64,000 bases of DNA. Source: Candidatus Nomurabacteria bacterium (GTDB lineage: Bacteria; Patescibacteriota; Minisyncoccia; Phycocordibacterales; UBA9973). How positions within the stretch are numbered: the first letter of the stretch is position 1; every line of letters begins with the position of its first letter. Below, in pieces: positions 20,901 to 29,722 of this stretch. The stretch spans positions 10,841 to 74,840 of the forward strand of contig JAHFNT010000003.1 in assembly GCA_023267195.1 (NCBI GenBank), read 5' to 3'. A program made the position numbers and the translations under genes. The notes under the pieces are model-generated. The model saw nothing but the letters and a program-made list of their open reading frames with translations. It did no database searches and was not told where the DNA came from.

Positions 20901-21238
20901 TTTACATTATATTTTTTTAAAATTCCCTTAGTATAAAGCGCCAATCCGCAATTGAGCGCTGTCTGCCCCCCAAAGGATAAACAAATAGCGTCGGGTTTTT
21001 CTTTGATGATTACTTTTTCAACAAAATATTCGTCCACCGGCAAGAAATAAACTTCATCGGCAAGGTTTTTGGATGTTTGAAATGTGGCAATATTTGGATT
21101 AACTAAAATAACTTTTATCTTTTCTTCTTTGAGCGCTTTGATCGCTTGACTGCCAGAATAGTCAAACTCCCCAGCCTCTCCGATCTTTAGGGCACCTGAA
21201 CCAAGTATTAAAATTTTTTTGTATTTATTTTTAGTCAT
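17963..21238 (-). CDS. carB: carbamoyl-phosphate synthase large subunit
   Basis: 1091 aa; duplicated ATP-grasp halves plus MGS-like domain; contains a ~15-aa Pro/Gly-rich insertion (TPPQPSPSQGREKGG) encoded by the repeat element at 20331..20392. Confidence 0.95.
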   Translation of the reverse strand: MTKNKYKKILILGSGALKIGEAGEFDYSGSQAIKALKEEKIKVILVNPNIATFQTSKNLADEVYFLPVDEYFVEKVIIKEKPDAICLSFGGQTALNCGLALYTKGILKKYNVKVIGSPISSILLTEDREKFATHLKSINIPVPPSGSATNLKQAKIVAQKIGFPLMVRAAFALGGQKSGVVNSLKELEEIVKGALSISPQVLIEKYLHHFKEIEYEVVRDQFGNIVTVCNMENLDPLGIHTGDSIVVAPSQTLNNEEYHKLREASIKIVQSLEIVGECNVQFALNPTPPQPSPSQGREKGGVDFFVIEVNARLSRSSALASKATGYPLAYVAAKLALGYSLLEIENKVTKVTQSFFEPALDYIVVKMPRWDLVKFDGALLHIGSAMKSVGEVMAIGRTFEEAFQKAVRMQSGLQESVTDNFFRDDKFARTKAGEDLKYFLNTATPNRIFAVAESIKRGMSVEEIHKITGIDPWFLYRIENIVNTEKKLLKHKNLDKVALMELKRVGFSDKKIALLCNKKELEIRQLRIRLGIKPFVFAIDTLAGEVPAKTNYLYLTYHGSHHDTSPLGKNAIIVLGSGPYHIGSSVEFDWSSVYAGLALKRHNKKSIIVNCNPETVSTDYDMSDRLYFENLSFETVADIFEFENSGGLIISVGGQRPNNLAKQLSQSGINILGTSAENIDRAEDRNKFSALLDKLGILQPKWQSFSSMEKAFSFTKKEGFPVLVRPSYVLSGSAMRVCYNKKQLHNFIGKAAILSPLHPVTISKYIENAKELEFDAVAQDGNLMIYGISEHVENAGVHSGDATIVYPTQRVYASTEFQLREISKKIARELSITGPFNIQFLVKDNRPFVIEVNARASRTFPFLSKAMDANFPEIAVDSFFGRAKIHNFVYPKSVLVKSPQFSFGRLLGADPVLRVEMSSTGEAACFGKDYDEALLKSILSTNKFDFKNKNVLLSLGGELNKAKFLETAQILIALHYKIFATDTTAEFFKKQNIKCTVVRKAFEHSPNALDVIENKKVSFVVNLSKTEITGETSIGDRNHVVTDGFRIRRAAVDSQIPLFTDLHLARAFIKALARYPIQSLEIKSFREYLNN
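20331..20392 (+). repeat. G/C-rich palindromic repeat element, copy B, inserted in-frame inside carB
   Basis: CCTTCTCCCTCCCC-TGCGAA-GGGGAGGG followed by TTGGGGAGGGGTCGGGTTAAGCGC; canonical G-quadruplex-capable G-runs; translated in carB as NPTPPQPSPSQGREKGG where E. coli CarB has NPKNGR. Confidence 0.55.
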
Positions 21239-22293
21239 TTTAAGAGTCCAGCTTTTTTAAAGAAATAATCAAATATCCAGTCAGTATCAAGCGGACCAGG
21301 AGAACTTTCTGGATGAAACTGCACTGACATAAAAGGCAAAGTTTTATGAATTATTCCCTCATTAGTATTGTCGTTCCCATTATGAAACCATTCCTGAAAA
21401 TCATCAGGGATTTGTTTAACAGCGAAACCATGATTTTGGGTTGTTAAATAGCACTTTTGGGTGCCATTTTCTACTACTGGCTGATTTTGGCTTCGATGTC
21501 CAAATTTCAATTTATATGTAGCGCCCCCTAGTGCTAGGGTCAAAATCTGATTTCCCAGACAAATGCCAAGCGTTGGTATTTTTTTCTCAATAATCTTTTT
21601 TACATTCTGAATCGTAGCCTTTACTTTGGCGGGATCTCCGGGACCATTTGAAATAACAACCGCAGAAAATGAAAATTTAAGTTTTAAAATATCCGTATCC
21701 CATGGCACCACTGCAACCTTAAAGCCCCGAGCAACAATCCTTCTTATGATATTATGTTTGACTCCGCAATCCAAAAGTATGATAGTTTTATCACCTTCAC
21801 CACAAAACAAAATTTCTTTTGTACTAACTTCCGCAACTAAATTTCTTAAATTTGGATCTTCAAATTTTATATCTTCCTTGCCAAAAATTATTTTACCCAA
21901 ACTCACTCCTTCGTCTCTTAATTTTTGCGTCAAAACTCTGATATCTTTGATTTCAATAAGCGGCACTCCTTCTTTTTTGAACCATTTTGCGAGAGTCGTT
22001 TGTGAGGCATGATGTGAAGGCGTATCAATATAATTAGAAACCACCAATCCTGCGACTTGAATTTTCTCCGACTCCCAAAATTCTTTTTTCGGAACGCCGT
22101 AATTGCCAATAATCGGATAAGTCATCACTAAAATCTGTCCCCGAAACGATGGATCAGTCAAGGCCTCGGGATACCCCACCATCCCAGTGGCAAAAACAAC
22201 TTCACCGGCTACTGATTTACAAGCGCCAAAATTAACACCCTCAAAAAAGGTACCGTCTTTCAAAATTAATTTTGTCTTTTTATCTTTTGCCAT
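21235..22293 (-). CDS. carA: carbamoyl-phosphate synthase small (glutamine amidotransferase) subunit
   Basis: 352 aa; class I GATase triad region GICLGNQIL; ATGA overlap with carB. Confidence 0.9.
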   Translation of the reverse strand: MAKDKKTKLILKDGTFFEGVNFGACKSVAGEVVFATGMVGYPEALTDPSFRGQILVMTYPIIGNYGVPKKEFWESEKIQVAGLVVSNYIDTPSHHASQTTLAKWFKKEGVPLIEIKDIRVLTQKLRDEGVSLGKIIFGKEDIKFEDPNLRNLVAEVSTKEILFCGEGDKTIILLDCGVKHNIIRRIVARGFKVAVVPWDTDILKLKFSFSAVVISNGPGDPAKVKATIQNVKKIIEKKIPTLGICLGNQILTLALGGATYKLKFGHRSQNQPVVENGTQKCYLTTQNHGFAVKQIPDDFQEWFHNGNDNTNEGIIHKTLPFMSVQFHPESSPGPLDTDWIFDYFFKKAGLLK

Positions 22294-23506
22294 AAGTTTT
22301 ACCTTTAATCACAGTCAGCACGACACTTCCGGGGAAAGTCACTCCTTCAAAAGGCGACCAGCCACATTTTGTTTTCAACATTTCCTTTTTTATAGTTATG
22401 GGGTTGTTCATATCAAGAACGGTAAGCGACCCAGCGTATCCTTCTTTTATTTCTCCATATTTCTCGCCAGTAAACTCCTCCAAGAATTTACCTGGATTAT
22501 ATGCACATACTCGCGCAATTTCCTCTCCGGCAAAACCATGCTCTTTTATAAGCCAAGAAACAAAAGGTCCGTAGGTATCAAGCTGCGGCGTGCCAGAAAT
22601 TCCCTTTAATTTTTCTTCTTTGGTATGAGGAGCGTGATCGGTCGCCAAAAAATCTATAGTGCCGTCTTTCAGGGCCTGTAATAAATATTTTTTATCGTTA
22701 GGGGTCCGAAGCGGCGGATTCATTTGCATTAAATTTCTGTTGTTTTCCGTAATCGCTTCTTGATCAAAATATAGATGATGCGGAGAAACTTCTACCACAA
22801 CGTTCACACCTCGCATTTTGGCACTTTTGATTTTTTCTATCCCTTCCTTGGTTGAACAATGGCAAATTTTCCCCTGCAAATTATATTTCTCAATCATCCC
22901 CAGGGCAAAATCTATGGCAGATATTTCAGCCTCTTCCGGGCGACGTTTCTCGTGAGTTAATTCATTTTTATTTTTCTCTAAAATTTCCGGATCTTCGCAG
23001 TGAAAGCTGATATTTTGTCCCTTATATAACTTTATCGTTTCTTCTAAATCCTTTTTTGAGTGAAAAAATAAATCCCCCACTGAGGGTCCCATAAAAACTT
23101 TGTAAGGAACTTTTCTGGACAGTGGTTTCGTCTGATTGCCAATTCCAGCATAAAGGAAAACTGGTACAGAAGATTTTTTGGCTAGCTCCTGTTTGCCTTC
23201 ATAACTTTCTTCATCTATTGGCGGAATTGGATTGTTGGGCATTTCCGCAAAGGCGACAACTCCCCCATTTATCGCCGCCTCTCCAGCTGTAATAAAATCT
23301 TCTTTATAATCTTGGGTATGGCTTGCATCTTCCCTCGCGTGTGCGTGTAAATCCACAAATCCTGGAAAAATTAATTCATCTTTAAAAATAAAATCGGCGG
23401 AACCTTTCGGTTCGCCGATTTTCGTAATTAATCCGCTTTCATCAATCTCTATCCGTCCGCGGAAAATTTTGTTTGTATTTACAATATTGCCTTCTAGGGT
23501 AAGCAT
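22280..23506 (-). CDS. pyrC: dihydroorotase (amidohydrolase superfamily)
   Basis: 408 aa; metal-binding DLHAH motif; first gene of pyrimidine operon; overlaps carA start by 14 nt. Confidence 0.75.
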   Translation of the reverse strand: MLTLEGNIVNTNKIFRGRIEIDESGLITKIGEPKGSADFIFKDELIFPGFVDLHAHAREDASHTQDYKEDFITAGEAAINGGVVAFAEMPNNPIPPIDEESYEGKQELAKKSSVPVFLYAGIGNQTKPLSRKVPYKVFMGPSVGDLFFHSKKDLEETIKLYKGQNISFHCEDPEILEKNKNELTHEKRRPEEAEISAIDFALGMIEKYNLQGKICHCSTKEGIEKIKSAKMRGVNVVVEVSPHHLYFDQEAITENNRNLMQMNPPLRTPNDKKYLLQALKDGTIDFLATDHAPHTKEEKLKGISGTPQLDTYGPFVSWLIKEHGFAGEEIARVCAYNPGKFLEEFTGEKYGEIKEGYAGSLTVLDMNNPITIKKEMLKTKCGWSPFEGVTFPGSVVLTVIKGKTYGKR

Positions 23507-23587
23507 TTTTAAATATAATTAATCTGACACATTGCCTAGAATCTTAACACAGCTTGAAAAAGTTCGCAATTCGTATATAATTGACGC

Positions 23588-24202
23588 ATGCTAATACCAA
23601 CAGTCATTGAAAAATCACAATTTGGAGAGCGGGCTTATGACATTTATTCTCGCCTTTTACGCGAGCGAATAATCTTTCTGGCTGGACCGATTGATGACCA
23701 TACTGCCAACATTGTCATTGCCCAACTTCTATTTTTGGAGTCTGAAGATTCGAAAAAGGACATTTATCTTTACGTCAATTCCCCTGGCGGATCTGTCACC
23801 TCTACAATGGCCATCGTAGATACCATGAATCACGTCCGGCCGGATGTTTCCACTTTCTGCGTTGGCCTGGCCGCTTCTGGCGCCGCTATAATTTTATCTT
23901 CCGGCAAAAAAGGCAAACGCTACATCTTGCCAAATGCGGAAGTGATGATTCACCAGCCACTCGGTGGCGTGGAAGGCCAAGCGACAGATATCGCCATTAC
24001 CGCGAAACACATCCTAAAAACGAGAGATAATTTAAATAAACTGCTAGCAAAAAATACTGGCAAATCTTTCGCTCAGATAGAAAAAGACGTGGAGCGAGAT
24101 TTCTTTATGGATGCCGAAGAAGCCAAGAAGTACGGCATCGTGGATGAAATAGTCACCAAATCCAAAACTACAGCTTCAAATTCCAAACCGGAAAGTCTAT
24201 AA
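23588..24202 (+). CDS. clpP: ATP-dependent Clp protease proteolytic subunit
   Basis: 204 aa; MLIPTVIE... start; Ser-His-Asp context ([19 protein letters not shown]). Confidence 0.95.
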   Translation: MLIPTVIEKSQFGERAYDIYSRLLRERIIFLAGPIDDHTANIVIAQLLFLESEDSKKDIYLYVNSPGGSVTSTMAIVDTMNHVRPDVSTFCVGLAASGAAIILSSGKKGKRYILPNAEVMIHQPLGGVEGQATDIAITAKHILKTRDNLNKLLAKNTGKSFAQIEKDVERDFFMDAEEAKKYGIVDEIVTKSKTTASNSKPESL

Positions 24203-24268
24203 AACAAGCTGTAATTGGTGGGTTGAATGTGGGATACTAGAATTAGAATGGGAATCTAGCCCCAACTA

Positions 24269-24298
24269 TTGACTTTTTATATAAATATGTGTTATAAT
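24269..24298 (+). promoter_or_regulatory. near-consensus sigma70-type promoter (TTGACT-18-TATAAT) upstream of GC-rich cassette gene
   Basis: TTGACT at 24269-24274, TATAAT at 24293-24298. Confidence 0.4.
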
Positions 24299-24320
24299 TG
24301 ATCAAGAAGTTCGTTAGTGC

Positions 24321-24370
24321 TTGATTGCAGTTTTGAGGGTGTTTATTAGTACTTTCAAAACCGCAATCAA
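24321..24370. promoter_or_regulatory. 16-bp near-perfect inverted repeat (candidate operator) between promoter and SD
   Basis: TTGATTGCAGTTTTGA ... TCAAAACCGCAATCAA (1 mismatch) separated by 18 bp; ends ~25 nt before the start codon. Confidence 0.45.
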
Positions 24371-24395
24371 GCGGAATTTAGAGAAGGAGGAGATC

Positions 24396-24920
24396 ATGAA
24401 GATCTCTCGTGTCATCGCTCTGTTCGTCTCTACCTTCGTCATGGGGTTCTCCCTATGTTTCGTGGGGCGTTGTCTCGACAGCGCCATGGAGGCGTTCGAA
24501 GAGGCCAAGACGTCTCTCGTTCAGGCTGGCGGAGCCGAGACCCACGGTTACTACCTGTGGCACCAGGCCGGCAACCGCGCCCTGATCATCGGGGCGATCC
24601 TGACTGTCGTAGCGGTGATCTCGTGGGTGGCAAGCTTCTTCCTGATCCGACGTCATGGGTGGGGAAAGCTCATCTCTCACACCGAACTCCGACCGGGTAT
24701 CTATCGTCTCGTGTGTGCGGGGCGACAGGTGGGACGCGCGACACCCCTGGCGATCATCGAGTACGAGGGCTCTCTGGTGGCGTGCAAACTCCCCGTCCTT
24801 GATGACGAGAGGATACTCCAGTCTGGAGAATACATCAGGGTGGAGTATTCCAAGACGAGCAACCGCTGGTACGCCAGCGTGCTGCCTGACGACACATCGG
24901 TCGCCAACGTGACCACCTAG
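24396..24920 (+). CDS. hypothetical two-TM membrane protein encoded in GC-rich (~60%) cassette
   Basis: 174 aa from ATG at 24396 with strong SD GAGAAGGAGGAG; TM helices ALFVSTFVMGFSLCFV and LIIGAILTVVAVISWVASFFLI; surrounding ORFs on other frames judged shadow ORFs. Confidence 0.55.
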   Translation: MKISRVIALFVSTFVMGFSLCFVGRCLDSAMEAFEEAKTSLVQAGGAETHGYYLWHQAGNRALIIGAILTVVAVISWVASFFLIRRHGWGKLISHTELRPGIYRLVCAGRQVGRATPLAIIEYEGSLVACKLPVLDDERILQSGEYIRVEYSKTSNRWYASVLPDDTSVANVTT

Positions 24921-25020
24921 CTCTTTCCCTTCTCCCCCACTTCCTCGCCGCGAACTGGTGATCTTCGCAATAACTAACCAAAGGGCCCGAGAGAGCCCCA
25001 TCAAATCTCTCGTATCGAAA

Positions 25021-25060
25021 AACGGCGTCGCCCACATCGGGCGCGCCGTTTCCTCGTTTT
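25021..25060 (+). terminator. GC-rich rho-independent terminator of cassette gene
   Basis: AACGGCGTCGCCC-ACATC-GGGCGCGCCGTT followed by TCCTCGTTTT. Confidence 0.5.
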
Positions 25061-25094
25061 AGGTTATATTTATATTTTACTTGGGCAAATAAAA

Positions 25095-26984
25095 CTAAAG
25101 TATTTTTATTGTACCGCCTGTGTTCCCGGCCATAATATATTCGGCGACTTTGTTTTCAACTATTTCTTCAATCGCTCGCTTGATGGGGCGAGCGCCAAAA
25201 TCAGGGTCAAAACCGGCCGCGGAAACTTTTTCCACTAGCGCGTCGGTGACAAGCAGGATAATTTGCTTATCTCCAAGGAGACGTGAAGCAAATTCATCTA
25301 GCAAAAGTTTAGTAATTTTCTTTACTTCATTTTGTCCAAGTGGTTTGAAAAGAATAATGCCATTCCACCGGTTCAAAAATTCCGGCGCAAACACCCCAGC
25401 CTGAATCAGATTATTTATTAATGTCTTTTTTTCTACGCTCGGATTATTTATTATCTCTTTACTCCCAGCGTTGGAAGTGGCAATAATGAGAGCATCGCGA
25501 AAACTTGCTTCTCTCCCAGAGCTCCGAGTCAAGCGTCCTTCATCGAGCACTTGCAAAAGTAAATTGCGAACCGAAACATTAGACTTTTCCAGCTCATCAA
25601 AAAATACCAAAGAGAGAGGCGCTTCTTCTATGGCACCTGAGAGCCTTTCGGTAAAAGTTTCAACTGAATCAGGGCCAGAAAACTCACTCATATCAAAACG
25701 AATCATTGCATTTTTGCGACCAAAATAACTTTCCGCTAAAATTTTTGCCGTGTAAGTCTTCCCCACTCCCGTCGGGCCCAAAAAAAGAAAACTACCGGCT
25801 GGCTTGGTGTGGTCGGCAATACCGGTGCGCAGACGAATGAGCGCCTGTGACACGTCGGAGACTGCCTCCTCCTGCCCGATTATTTTATGCTTCATTGACA
25901 TTTCCAATCCAGCCAAAACTTTCCTTTCATCCGCGCCGATTTCTCCTATTGGTACATTCGTCTTATCGGAAATTATTTGCCTGACGTCATCTATAGTTAT
26001 GGTCTTGTGCAGTGTCTCGAGTTCTTCTAAAATTCTAAGAGAGCGTGCGGGCTCTAATTCATTGCCAATTAAACGCTCCGCCAAACGCGCAATTTCTAAA
26101 AGAGCCTCCTGTTTGATAGACACCCCGAGCGACTGCGCGCTGTTTTCAAGTATTAGAATAGTATCTTCTTTGTTGGTAGGAGCCACATCTACTTTTTCAA
26201 ATTTGGAAAGAAACTCTGGATGTTTTTTTAGTACCCGATCATAATTAGAAAAATCAGTGGTAACGATAATTCCCAAATGGGGAATTTTTAGATACGGCAT
26301 CAGATTTTCAAAAAAGTTCTCATACCGATCTATATTTTCAATCACCAGCACCACATCGCCCGAGAGCGCCGCTTCCTCTAAACATTTCTCAAAATCAGAC
26401 AAGTTAATTCCTTCAGTAAAAAGTTCTACCACTCGGCGGTGGCGAATGCCCGGAAAAGAGAGACCCGACCGTCCCAACCTGCCTAAATAAGAAACCAGGG
26501 TTGACTTGCCAACGCCATTGTCCCCCACCAAAAGCACATTGTGATTGGTGTCTTTAGAAAGCGCGCGTTCGATCATCCGAAGCGCTTTCTCTTTACCATA
26601 AATCCTCTTTGAGGAATCACTTAGAACTTCGCGGCCATGCGCATTTAAAATATAAGTCTCGCTATAAGAGAGCGACGCGCCAATACTGCCTAGATTTTGC
26701 AAATAATCACGACTAATTTTTATGGGTAAAAGAAAAAATACCGGGAAAATTAAAATGACTAGAATAGTAAAAATCAAACCGATAATTATCAAAACCACCC
26801 GCGCCACAAAACCTAAAATTCTTGAGAAAATAAAAAAAACTGCCTTTTCTAAAAAGGAAACATTTTTCCCGGCGTCTTTATCCATTTTCCACGGCAAAAA
26901 AAGAGTTTTAAAGAGAAGCGGAATAGAAAAAGCATTAAAGGCATACAACACAAGATTTTTCCACGACTGTATTCCCGGGTGCAT
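25095..26984 (-). CDS. membrane-anchored double-AAA+ Clp/Hsp100-family ATPase (no N-domain or M-domain)
   Basis: 629 aa; ~95-aa N-terminal region with 3 predicted TM helices; D1 Walker A GDNGVGKST, D2 Walker A GPTGVGKTYTAK, sensor-2 GARPIKR; no obvious IG[FL] ClpP-docking loop. Confidence 0.7.
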   Translation of the reverse strand: MHPGIQSWKNLVLYAFNAFSIPLLFKTLFLPWKMDKDAGKNVSFLEKAVFFIFSRILGFVARVVLIIIGLIFTILVILIFPVFFLLPIKISRDYLQNLGSIGASLSYSETYILNAHGREVLSDSSKRIYGKEKALRMIERALSKDTNHNVLLVGDNGVGKSTLVSYLGRLGRSGLSFPGIRHRRVVELFTEGINLSDFEKCLEEAALSGDVVLVIENIDRYENFFENLMPYLKIPHLGIIVTTDFSNYDRVLKKHPEFLSKFEKVDVAPTNKEDTILILENSAQSLGVSIKQEALLEIARLAERLIGNELEPARSLRILEELETLHKTITIDDVRQIISDKTNVPIGEIGADERKVLAGLEMSMKHKIIGQEEAVSDVSQALIRLRTGIADHTKPAGSFLFLGPTGVGKTYTAKILAESYFGRKNAMIRFDMSEFSGPDSVETFTERLSGAIEEAPLSLVFFDELEKSNVSVRNLLLQVLDEGRLTRSSGREASFRDALIIATSNAGSKEIINNPSVEKKTLINNLIQAGVFAPEFLNRWNGIILFKPLGQNEVKKITKLLLDEFASRLLGDKQIILLVTDALVEKVSAAGFDPDFGARPIKRAIEEIVENKVAEYIMAGNTGGTIKIL

Positions 26985-27207
26985 CTTGTTATTCTACCAC
27001 AAATAGACAATTTATGAGTAATTTGTTATACTGCGGGTGTTGAATTTTACAAATTTATTGCGCTTAATTTATAGTTGGGTTCGCAGGAATATTCCATATA
27101 TTATGAAATTTAAAAAGGAAAATATTCAAATCTTTGAAAATTGTTTTACCGAGATGGGGATAGGGCTCTAATATAATGGTCTGTTCTTGTAAGCTCGCAC
27201 AAAGCTT

Positions 27208-28734
27208 ATGAGTATAATAATAATTTTGATGGGAGTCGGAGTACTCCTCTTAGGTATTGGGGTAGGATATTACCTCCGCGTGTTGGTCGCGCTCGGCAAA
27301 AGGAGATCCATAGAAATAGATATCAAGCAGATGATGGTCGGGGCTAAAGAAGAGGCCCAAAGAATTACCGATGAGGCCAAGAAAAAATCAGAAGAAACAC
27401 TCTCAAATTTAAAAGAAGAAGAGAAGAAAAAAGAGCAAGAATTCAGGGAAACGGAAAAACGACTTATCAAAAAAGATGAGTTCTTGGATGCACGGCAGGT
27501 TGAGGTGAATAAAGAAGCAGAAGGCATCAAGCAAAAAGCCGAGGAAGTTAAAAAAATTCAGGAAAAAGTTCTGAAAATAGAAGAAGAAAAAAGATCGGAA
27601 CTCGAAAGAGTATCCAAGCTCACTGAGGTTGAGGCTAAAGAAGAACTTCTGAAAGACGTTGAAAAAAAATATGAAGAGGATATCATGGTGCGAATCCAAA
27701 AATTGGAAAATAGCAATGAAGAGAAGCTGGACAGACGCGCGAAAGATATTTTAGCAACCTCCATCCAGCGCTTGGCTGCCAGCACCGCTTCTGAACTAAT
27801 GACCACGATAGTAACCATACCCAACAATGAAATTAAGGGCAAGATTATCGGGAAAGAAGGCCGAAACATCAGAGCCTTTGAGCGAGCAGCCGGAGTGGAA
27901 TTAATAGTGGATGATACTCCGGGCTCAATCATCATTTCCTCTTTTGACCCAATCCGCAGACAAGTGGCAAGATTGGCGCTGGAAAATCTTATCTTGGACG
28001 GACGCATTCAACCTGCCAAAATTGAAGAGCTGGTGGAAAAAGCCAAAGAGGAAATAAATAAAATTATTAAAGAAAAAGGCGAACAAGCAGTCTATGAATG
28101 TGGGATTTTCAATTTTGACCCACGTATTGTGTCAATCATCGGCCGATTATATTTCCGCACTAGCTATGGGCAAAATGTTCTCCAACACTCTATCGAAATG
28201 GCGCACATCGCTGGCATGATAGCAGAAGAATTGGGCGCAGATGTAGCCATAGCGAAAGCTGGGGCCTTAGTGCACGACATCGGTAAAGCGCTAGACCACG
28301 AAGTGCAAGGCACGCACGTCGAAATAGGCATGCGCATCTTGCAAAAATTTGGCGCCGATGAACGCATTGTGACTGCCATGAAATCTCACCACGAGGAATA
28401 TCCTTATGAGACCATAGAATCCATAATCGTGCAGACGGCCGACGCCATTTCCGGAGGCCGCCCAGGCGCGCGCCGAGATTCCGTAGAAAACTACTTGAAA
28501 CGCTTGCAAGAACTTGAAGCGCTAGTAAATGCTTTCCCGGGTGTAGAAAAATCATACGCATTGCAAGCCGGACGCGAAATTCGCATCTTCGTAACGCCAG
28601 AAAAAGTTTCTGACGCTGAAGCGAAGTTGATGGCCCGCGAAATTGCTATCAAAATTGAACAAGAACTCAAATACCCTGGCGAAATCAAAGTCACGATGAT
28701 CCGTGAGACCAGGATTATCGAATATGCTAGGTAA
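27208..28734 (+). CDS. rny: ribonuclease Y
   Basis: 508 aa; N-terminal TM anchor, long coiled coil, KH domain (GKIIGKEGRNIRAFE), HD domain (HSIEMAHIAGMIAEELG...HDIGKA). Confidence 0.9.
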   Translation: MSIIIILMGVGVLLLGIGVGYYLRVLVALGKRRSIEIDIKQMMVGAKEEAQRITDEAKKKSEETLSNLKEEEKKKEQEFRETEKRLIKKDEFLDARQVEVNKEAEGIKQKAEEVKKIQEKVLKIEEEKRSELERVSKLTEVEAKEELLKDVEKKYEEDIMVRIQKLENSNEEKLDRRAKDILATSIQRLAASTASELMTTIVTIPNNEIKGKIIGKEGRNIRAFERAAGVELIVDDTPGSIIISSFDPIRRQVARLALENLILDGRIQPAKIEELVEKAKEEINKIIKEKGEQAVYECGIFNFDPRIVSIIGRLYFRTSYGQNVLQHSIEMAHIAGMIAEELGADVAIAKAGALVHDIGKALDHEVQGTHVEIGMRILQKFGADERIVTAMKSHHEEYPYETIESIIVQTADAISGGRPGARRDSVENYLKRLQELEALVNAFPGVEKSYALQAGREIRIFVTPEKVSDAEAKLMAREIAIKIEQELKYPGEIKVTMIRETRIIEYAR

Positions 28735-28855
28735 CTTGCCTTAAAAAACCCTTGATATATAATGGAGGGGTATTAAAAATAAGGGTTAAATGCCACTCCG
28801 ATCTAGATCTGGAGGGCTAGGTCGAGAATAATTATAAAAATAACTAAAAAAATAT

Positions 28856-29128
28856 ATGAATAAACAAGCATTAGCAGAGTGGGTACATGGAAAACTAGGA
28901 GGAACCAAGGTTCAAGCAGAAGAAATCGTTGATGGATTGTTTGATGCTATAATCCAAACCTTGAAAAAGGGCGGTGAAGTATCAATCGCCGGCTTCGGAA
29001 TCTTTTCTGTAAAATCTCGCGCTGCTCGCATGGCTCGCAATCCAAAAACTGGGGAGCAGGTCAAGGTAGCTGCCAAGAAAGTGCCAAAATTCCGACCTGC
29101 AAAAGGTTTGAAGGATATGGTTGCCTAG
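28856..29128 (+). CDS. hup: HU-family nucleoid-associated DNA-binding protein
   Basis: 90 aa; HU/IHF fold signature GFGIFSVKSRAARMARNPKTGE. Confidence 0.9.
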   Translation: MNKQALAEWVHGKLGGTKVQAEEIVDGLFDAIIQTLKKGGEVSIAGFGIFSVKSRAARMARNPKTGEQVKVAAKKVPKFRPAKGLKDMVA

Positions 29129-29151
29129 TTTTTACTTCGAAGTAAAAATAA

Positions 29152-29177
29152 AAAGCCCCACAAGGGGTTTTTTATTT
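29152..29177. terminator. strong bidirectional rho-independent terminator
   Basis: AAAAGCCCC-ACAA-GGGGTTTTTTATTT; preceded by perfect palindrome TTTTTACTTCGAAGTAAAAA. Confidence 0.7.
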
Positions 29178-29196
29178 GGACAACAAATCAAATTTT

Positions 29197-29721
29197 TTAT
29201 TTTTGAGGTATTGGTAATCCAAGCTTTTGTAATGGTAAATATTTAAAATAATATTGACACCCAACAGATATTATATAATCACAAACATCTTTATAGGACG
29301 AGTGTTTGAACCAATCACTAAGTATATAAATGTATTCCACTTCTATGTTTAGAGGAGCCATTAACTTTGCATATTGTTTTCTTTTAAAATCACATGTTTG
29401 TAATTTTTCATCAACAGAACCTGCGACTTTTTGAAATTTTACTTCAATAATAAAAAGTGTGTTATTTACAATTACATAAATAGCTTCATCTGGCAATAAT
29501 TTCTTAGAAAGAATCTTTTTATAATCAATTTTTTTAGATTCGAGAAATTTATACAATGCGTTCTTCTTGAAACTCCTTGCAACTTCTTTCCCATTGTAAA
29601 GTATAATATTACCATTAATTTTGTAACCTTTCTGTTTTTTTAGTAACGCCAAAATATCACTTTCTTTTTCAAAATTTAACCCAGTTATTGTATTACCACC
29701 ACCCTTTCCTTTTTCAATCAT
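29197..29721 (-). CDS. Type II restriction endonuclease (PD-(D/E)xK fold), candidate
   Basis: 174 aa; D...IIEVKFQK PD-ExK-like core; start overlaps stop of the DNA methyltransferase; very AT-rich relative to neighbours. Confidence 0.5.
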   Translation of the reverse strand: MIEKGKGGGNTITGLNFEKESDILALLKKQKGYKINGNIILYNGKEVARSFKKNALYKFLESKKIDYKKILSKKLLPDEAIYVIVNNTLFIIEVKFQKVAGSVDEKLQTCDFKRKQYAKLMAPLNIEVEYIYILSDWFKHSSYKDVCDYIISVGCQYYFKYLPLQKLGLPIPQK

Positions 29722-29722
29722 A

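Noticed and set aside
24453-25037. Several overlapping long ORFs on both strands inside the GC-rich patch (24453..25037 -, 24455..24802 +, 24655..24912 +, 24701..24916 -, 24835..25035 -)
   Set aside because: High-GC DNA generates stop-free frames by chance. Only the plus frame starting at 24396 has a strong SD, TM-helix-like composition and a downstream terminator.
27270-28694. Multiple antisense ORFs inside rny (27270..27530 -, 27409..27699 -, 27558..28007 -, 28190..28561 -)
   Set aside because: They are contained in a well-supported RNase Y gene, and the Lys/Glu-rich coiled-coil coding region gives open antisense frames.
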